Of a stretch of DNA of 53,379 bases, positions 47,771-53,379 are shown piece after piece. Source of the stretch: a virus (lineage: Duplodnaviria > Caudoviricetes); IMG/VR virus record IMGVR_UViG_3300027801_000030, positions 1 through 53,379 of that record; one strand, written 5' to 3'. The notes under the pieces were generated by a model. The model did not search any database, was not told the origin of the DNA, and saw only the letters and a list, made by a program, of their open reading frames with translations. How positions within the stretch are numbered: the first letter of the stretch is position 1; each line of letters starts with the position of its first letter. Both the position numbers and the translations under genes were made by a program.

Positions 47771-48748
47771 TTAGCTTACTATTGCTCTGTCTGTAATTCT
47801 ACGCCAGTTAGACCCGTCACTAAAAGCCATTGTGGCTCCGCCAGTTTCGTTACTAACAAAAATCATTTGCCCAGTACCACTTACTGACGGTAATGCTGAT
47901 ACTAAAAATATATCATGTGCATTGCCGTGATTTTTAATTATGTGTTTAAAGTCGCCAATGGTGGTATCGCCATCTGCTACTTGACCGTAATCTATAGTTA
48001 TATTAGCTGTTGTGGCTATAGAGCCGTAATCACTAATAGGTTCAAATAAAACACCTTTTACTACACCTGTCTGTAAAGTATCTGTTGCTTTATCAAATGT
48101 AAGAGATGCATCGGCACCTGCTGAACCACCATTATTAAATTGAATTTGTGTGTTACTGCCTGCTGGATCTACACTTACTGCTCCAAAACTTAACGTACCA
48201 GAACCATTAGTCTTTAAAAATTGATTAGCTGTACCGTCGGCGGACGGTAATGTATAAGCATTATTAATTGTGGTTGATGAGCCGTCTACTTTAAAAACTT
48301 CTGCACTATTACTAGCATTGTAAATTTTAAATACTGGATCAGTGCCGCTTGAATTATCTCTAATACGAATATTGGTGGCTGAACCATTACTATGTCTTAG
48401 ATCTAAGTAAGCACCGGAGTATTGTAAACTAGGATTTGTTCCTAATCTTAAATTACCATTTACAAAAAGTTTTTCATTCGAACTTACGGAGCCAATAGAA
48501 ACAGTATCATTTGTACTGTTAACAACTAATGTGGTAGTATCAACTGTCAAGTCTGGCAGATTTGCACTTAGGTTTTCCCAAGCAGAACCTGTATACACCT
48601 TTAAGGTAGTATTTGAAGCATCAATAAAGATGTCACCTGTTGATTGTCCGGAACTAGGAGCAGTTCCTGTTGAAATTTTACTTCCGGTACTCTTTCCGAT
48701 CTTAAATTCAGAAGTAGTGGTACCTTTGAAATTACCAAATATAGCCAT
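47771..48748 (-). CDS. virion structural/fibre protein
   Basis: Gly/Ser/Thr-rich; LPSADG..NQ.L.T.G.G.L, IQFN..G, MAFSDG.NWRR motifs; late promoter at 48829-48836. Confidence 0.7.
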   Translation of the reverse strand: MAIFGNFKGTTTSEFKIGKSTGSKISTGTAPSSGQSTGDIFIDASNTTLKVYTGSAWENLSANLPDLTVDTTTLVVNSTNDTVSIGSVSSNEKLFVNGNLRLGTNPSLQYSGAYLDLRHSNGSATNIRIRDNSSGTDPVFKIYNASNSAEVFKVDGSSTTINNAYTLPSADGTANQFLKTNGSGTLSFGAVSVDPAGSNTQIQFNNGGSAGADASLTFDKATDTLQTGVVKGVLFEPISDYGSIATTANITIDYGQVADGDTTIGDFKHIIKNHGNAHDIFLVSALPSVSGTGQMIFVSNETGGATMAFSDGSNWRRITDRAIVS

Positions 48749-48869
48749 TTTATCTTTCTCCGCACTCGTTCAGAAGTTGTATAACCGCTGTCAGTAACTA
48801 TTGTCGTTACTGTCTTGTACGCAATAAGTATTTATCACTTTGTGGGAATATAGTTAGTCTTAGTGTATT

Positions 48870-51800
48870 TTAAACTATGATTTCAATAACACCAGAGCCT
48901 GCATCAGTTTTATTTGATAACGCTCTACCTATTATTTGTAACGGACTTAGTATTGTAGGATCTGGTGCCACCATTGCAAAGCCTGGGGCTCCACTAGTAA
49001 TTAACACATCACCTTTATTAACATTTCCTATTACTTTACATGGTACTCTACCACGTAATGCTACTGCAACACCTGTTGTATCTGCATTCATTAAGTAAGC
49101 TGGATCTGTACTAACAACACCTGCTACTGCATAACTGCCTGGTTGATCTGTAACTGTAACTTCTGTTTGGCCGCCTATAATTAAAACAGTACCTGCTTCG
49201 TAGTCAGCATCTGCATGATATTTTTCAGCCAAATCCGCATATCTTGCCGTTGTTGCTGTTGCTGTAATGACGCCTGCCGCAAAGTTACCTGAACCGTCTC
49301 TGACCACGGCTTTACTTGGCGTATTTGTACTTGTATATACTGCTGTATCTGTTAAATCTGTATTAAAAGTTACTTGGTCACTGTTAGCGACGTGTGTTAA
49401 ACTTATTCCAGTGCCGCCAACTAACGATAATATATCATTGTGGTTAAAAGGAGAAGTATTCCCGGCGGCTGATATTGACCAATTAGACATATAACTATAT
49501 GATTCAATTTTGTCTTTTATTGCCGCTGATGTCATTAATACTGATTCTGAATCAGTAAAACTTTCTGAACCTAGTTGTAAACTGCCTGCGGCTAATTCTG
49601 CAACTGTTAATCCACTAACATTTAAAGTAACTGCACCACCTGTACCACCTCCAGTTAAACCTGTTCCTGCTGTAACGCCTGTGATGTCACCAGTTTCTGT
49701 TGTATATCCGTAACTTAGAATCTTATCTTGAATTGCCGCTGACGTCATTAATGACGTATCATTATCTACAAATGATTCTGAACCTAATTGTAGACTGCCT
49801 GCCGCTAATTCTGATATTGTTAATCCTGTTACATTAAATGTTGTTCCACTTAAATTTAATCCTGTGCCGCCTGTATATGTTGTATCTGTCCATGGAACAT
49901 TAACAAACATCTTACCACTTGATAATTCAATTGGATAATTTTTACCACTTTCTGTGAAGCCAGTTTTTACACCACCAAATAGTGATGATGTTGCTTCTAT
50001 AACATCAAGTGTGACTGCACCTGACGTGCCGCCTCCACTTAAACCTACGCCGGCTGTAACACCTGTAATGTCTCCTGCATCATTAGTAAAACTAATAACA
50101 CCAGTACTACTGTTATATGCTAAGTCGCCGCCTGCACTAATTAATCCTCTAATATGAGATGTATCTACTGCAATATCGTTTGCATTAGCAGTAATACCTG
50201 TTCCGCCTATAACATTTAATGTAGCTGATCCACTTGTACCGCCGCCAGTTAAACCTGTTCCTGCCACAACTTCTGTTATGTCACCTACTGTAGGTGTTGC
50301 AAAAACTACACCACCAGAGCCATCTGTTGTTAGAACTGCGCCAGCACTACCGTCTGCTGTTGGGAAAGTAAATGCACCGTTAATACTTAGTTGGTTTATT
50401 CTTGTTGTTCCTGCAATAGTCTGTCCGCCAGTTGTTCTTAAAACTGTGCTGTCAACTGCTATATCATCTGCGTTAGCAGTAATACCAGAGCCACCTACAA
50501 CATTAAGTGTAACTGCCCCTGAATTGCCGCCGCCAGTTAAACCTGCGCCGGCTGTTACAGCTTCTAAGTCTGCTGAATTATCATTTCTAATTGTAACCGT
50601 GTTACCTGTATTAGTAACTGTAATATTTGTACCGCCAACAAATGAAAGTACTTCGCCACTGCTAATTGCTTCGTCGCCACCTACACCTGTATCTGTTCTT
50701 ACAGTAAAACTTGAATAGTTATCTGCTGTTGTAGTTATTGCACCAGTACTACTGTTATAAGCAACTAAGCCTGTAGCACTAAGATTACTTCTAACCTGAG
50801 CGGCAGTAATACCTGAATATGTAAATTGTCCTGTACCGTTGTTATATGAGAAACTTCCATCGCCTGCTGAGTCAACAGCACTAAATAATGCTCTCACGTT
50901 TGAATCTGATCTAAATGCATCTGTTGTAACTGTTACAACGTTTCCTGTTTCTGCAAGTGTAACACCTGTTCCGCCTGCTAAACTTTTAATAGCGTGGTAT
51001 GTTGTTGAACCAGATACTCTAGCACCAGCATAAATGTTTGTGCCACTAGCACCGACATCTTCTACTGTGCCAACACTTGATGCTGGTGTAATTTCTTGTG
51101 CCGAACCATTAACATAAACGTATGCCTTACTTGCCGAGTTGTCAATATATATAGCACCGTTAGTTGCTGTCGCACTTCCTGGAACAATAAGTGCTCCAGT
51201 GAATGTTTTAGTTCCTGTAACTGTTTGGTTTGCTGTTGATGATACAAAAATTGTACTTGGTACTCTGCTTAGTTCGTATGTACTATCGTTGTACATAGCA
51301 ACTTTACCAGTGTCTGCTGTTGTATTTCTTAAAGGTGAAATATAAGTTGCACCTGCTGTTGCGGCCGCTGGGTATGGAAAAGCACTATCACCTGCTCTCA
51401 GTACAATACTGTCTGCGGCTTGGCTAGTTTCACCTGCTTTATGTCCAATAGCAATGCTATAATCGCCTTGAGTTGTTTCACCTGCTTCAACACCAATTGC
51501 AATACTGTATGCCTTCTGTCCAGTTTCACCTGCTTTTCTTCCTATAGCAATACTATGTTCTTGTTGTTGTACTCTTCCTGATGCTGAACCAATTGCAACG
51601 GCATATTGGCCTTGATTTGTATAACCGGCAGTAGTACCTATAGCAACTGCTGAACCTGTTCCGCCTGAGTCACCACCTGCAATGGTTCTGCCACCTTGGT
51701 TATTCCAACCTGCTTTCCAACCTAGAGCAACACCGGCATCTATTTGACTTGTTTTACCTGCTTCGAGACCTACTGCAACTCCACCTGATTGTTGTGTAGT

Positions 51801-53378
51801 TGTACCAGCCATGTTACCTATTGCAATACTGTTTGCTTCACTAACGGCAAATGTTCCTGCACTTGGGCCAATACCAATACTGTTTGCATCAAACTTAACA
51901 TGCCCTTGTGTAAAGTTAATTATTGTCGGTACTGTTGTTAATGATATCGCGCCGCTACTTATAGCTATTGCAGTTCCGGCACTAAAGTGAGCTCTAACAT
52001 TACTTGCTGAATTATCTATATGAGTTTGTACTTCTGCGGCACTTGGTCCTGTAAATGTCAATACACCTGTGCTGTTATTGTATGCTAGTGAGCCATCGCC
52101 ACCTGTATCAGTAACACTAATTGCCGCTCTGGCTAATGCATCAGTATATTGTGTAATTGTTGTTGCAATAGCGCCATTACTAAATGTAATACCTGTGCCT
52201 CCACTAAAGTCAGACATAAGTAACATGTTATTATTTGTTGAACCGTTGTTACTAAACATCCATCTATCTGATGTTTCGTTCCATCTTAATGTAACATTTG
52301 AACCTGCGCCTGTTCTGTCAACTTCTACTCTGGAAGCGTCTGCCGCCGAGCCGCCGCCAACATTTAAACTTAAAACCCTAGTTGTAATAAATGAATCTGT
52401 CTGTGTTGCAGAATTCAAATTACCAACAATAGTCATAGCACCTGTAACGTTTAAGTCACCTGTAATCTGTGAGTTTCCTGCAATATTTGAAATTACCGGA
52501 TTTGTTAATGTTTTGTTTGTTAAAGTCTGAGAGCCTGTTAATGTTGTAACAGTATTATCAATATTAAATGTTCTCGAAGCGGCAATAGTACCACCTCCAG
52601 TTAAACCAGTTCCTGCTGTTAGTGTTACACCTGAGTGATCAATGTGCTCGTTTGCTACAAAACCACTTAAACTGTCATGCACTATATCTGCATCAGTTGT
52701 AGTTAGTGTATATGTATTGGCTCCATCGTTGTAAGTTTTTGTTATACCTGTTCCTGCAACAATTAATCCGTTAACTCTGTCGTCAACTGCTTCACTAAAA
52801 TCTGTAATTTGTGTACTTGGTACTGCAATGTTTACGTCGGCCGAAGCAGTTAATTGTCCTTGTGCATTAACTGTAAATGTTGGTATTGCTGTTGCACTAC
52901 CATAACTTGCTGGTGTAATTGATGCTATGTTTGTTACACTAATTGCGCCACTGTTATATGTAATTCCTGTGCTACCTGTTAAGTAGGCATCTATATCTGT
53001 TCTAGTATTTGCCTGAGTTGCAAATTTATTTGTTGAACCTTCGACAACGAGGTCTGAAGTAAATTCTGTGAAGTCAACTGCTATTGTGCCCGCTGTTAAA
53101 CTTATACCAGTTCCACCACTAAAGTGAGCTCTTGTCTCTGTAGCACTTGGGCCTGTATATGTAAATACACCTGTTGAGTTATTATATGCAAATGATCCAT
53201 CGCCGCCTGCATCTACATGACTTACTAAACCTCTAATATGGCTTCCTGAAATTGCTACATCTGCCGCCGCTGTTAATTGTCCATCTATATTTACTGTGAA
53301 CGTTGGTATTGCTGTTGCACTACCATAACTTGCCGCTGATACGCCTGTATTATCTAGTGCGGCATTTAAAATAATATT
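48870..53378 (-). CDS. long tail fibre-like protein, 5'-truncated by the window edge (>1500 aa)
   Basis: The frame stays open from 52682 to the window end (NIILNAALDNTGVSAASYGSATAIPTFTV...). Same repeats and C-terminal domain as 42573-46325, plus 14-aa YadA-head-like repeats. Confidence 0.85.
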   Translation of the reverse strand, partial: NIILNAALDNTGVSAASYGSATAIPTFTVNIDGQLTAAADVAISGSHIRGLVSHVDAGGDGSFAYNNSTGVFTYTGPSATETRAHFSGGTGISLTAGTIAVDFTEFTSDLVVEGSTNKFATQANTRTDIDAYLTGSTGITYNSGAISVTNIASITPASYGSATAIPTFTVNAQGQLTASADVNIAVPSTQITDFSEAVDDRVNGLIVAGTGITKTYNDGANTYTLTTTDADIVHDSLSGFVANEHIDHSGVTLTAGTGLTGGGTIAASRTFNIDNTVTTLTGSQTLTNKTLTNPVISNIAGNSQITGDLNVTGAMTIVGNLNSATQTDSFITTRVLSLNVGGGSAADASRVEVDRTGAGSNVTLRWNETSDRWMFSNNGSTNNNMLLMSDFSGGTGITFSNGAIATTITQYTDALARAAISVTDTGGDGSLAYNNSTGVLTFTGPSAAEVQTHIDNSASNVRAHFSAGTAIAISSGAISLTTVPTIINFTQGHVKFDANSIGIGPSAGTFAVSEANSIAIGNMAGTTTQQSGGVAVGLEAGKTSQIDAGVALGWKAGWNNQGGRTIAGGDSGGTGSAVAIGTTAGYTNQGQYAVAIGSASGRVQQQEHSIAIGRKAGETGQKAYSIAIGVEAGETTQGDYSIAIGHKAGETSQAADSIVLRAGDSAFPYPAAATAGATYISPLRNTTADTGKVAMYNDSTYELSRVPSTIFVSSTANQTVTGTKTFTGALIVPGSATATNGAIYIDNSASKAYVYVNGSAQEITPASSVGTVEDVGASGTNIYAGARVSGSTTYHAIKSLAGGTGVTLAETGNVVTVTTDAFRSDSNVRALFSAVDSAGDGSFSYNNGTGQFTYSGITAAQVRSNLSATGLVAYNSSTGAITTTADNYSSFTVRTDTGVGGDEAISSGEVLSFVGGTNITVTNTGNTVTIRNDNSADLEAVTAGAGLTGGGNSGAVTLNVVGGSGITANADDIAVDSTVLRTTGGQTIAGTTRINQLSINGAFTFPTADGSAGAVLTTDGSGGVVFATPTVGDITEVVAGTGLTGGGTSGSATLNVIGGTGITANANDIAVDTSHIRGLISAGGDLAYNSSTGVISFTNDAGDITGVTAGVGLSGGGTSGAVTLDVIEATSSLFGGVKTGFTESGKNYPIELSSGKMFVNVPWTDTTYTGGTGLNLSGTTFNVTGLTISELAAGSLQLGSESFVDNDTSLMTSAAIQDKILSYGYTTETGDITGVTAGTGLTGGGTGGAVTLNVSGLTVAELAAGSLQLGSESFTDSESVLMTSAAIKDKIESYSYMSNWSISAAGNTSPFNHNDILSLVGGTGISLTHVANSDQVTFNTDLTDTAVYTSTNTPSKAVVRDGSGNFAAGVITATATTARYADLAEKYHADADYEAGTVLIIGGQTEVTVTDQPGSYAVAGVVSTDPAYLMNADTTGVAVALRGRVPCKVIGNVNKGDVLITSGAPGFAMVAPDPTILSPLQIIGRALSNKTDAGSGVIEIIV

Positions 53379-53379
53379 T

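Larger units (their letters stand above)
42781..49292. repeat. near-identical DNA blocks shared by the two fibre genes, offset 6300 bp
   Basis: 42925-42992 vs 49225-49292 (68 bp, 1 mismatch) and 42781-42830 vs 49081-49130 (50 bp, 1 mismatch). Confidence 0.9.

Noticed and set aside
42573-49300. Diversity-generating retroelement (Mtd_N-like fibre plus repeated 3' regions)
   Set aside because: No reverse transcriptase in the window, both copies lie in coding genes, and the differences between the paralogous ends are not confined to adenines.
48870-52682. ORF-track start at 52682 for the long fibre
   Set aside because: An internal GTG; the frame is open to the window end, so the true start is outside the window.

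Overview
AT-rich (~35% GC by eye) segment of a large T4-related myophage, probably marine and probably of the jumbo type. It is not a cellular chromosome. Most genes are on the minus strand, with one plus-strand block at 22446-27322. From the left: a truncated TonB-dependent-receptor-like gene missed by the ORF track, an AAA ATPase, AcpS, UvsY/UvsX/gp32, terminase and head proteins, tail tube/sheath, dNMP kinase, neck gp13/gp14/gp15, lysozyme, sugar-modifying enzymes, a PRMT-like methyltransferase and a NUDIX hydrolase. A ~15 kb host-envelope island (27676-42482) follows. It holds a curli/type VIII secretion operon (two small membrane proteins, csgF, csgG, two curlin-like genes, FecR-domain protein, glycosyltransferase-like insert), a lipoprotein with an apparent programmed -1 frameshift, an extremely Asn/Thr-rich secreted protein, a 1077-aa acidic NIDO-like secreted protein, a membrane coiled-coil protein and a CHASE2 adenylate cyclase. 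Tail-fibre-like genes fill the right end. The regulatory signals are unusually clear: sigma70-type early promoters (GGTTGAC-16/17-TATAAT) and many T4-type late promoters (NATAAATA), six of which lie exactly 5 nt before an ATG, implying leaderless mRNAs. No tRNA, rRNA, CRISPR array, integrase or reverse transcriptase was seen. All family calls come from motif recognition by eye, not database searches.
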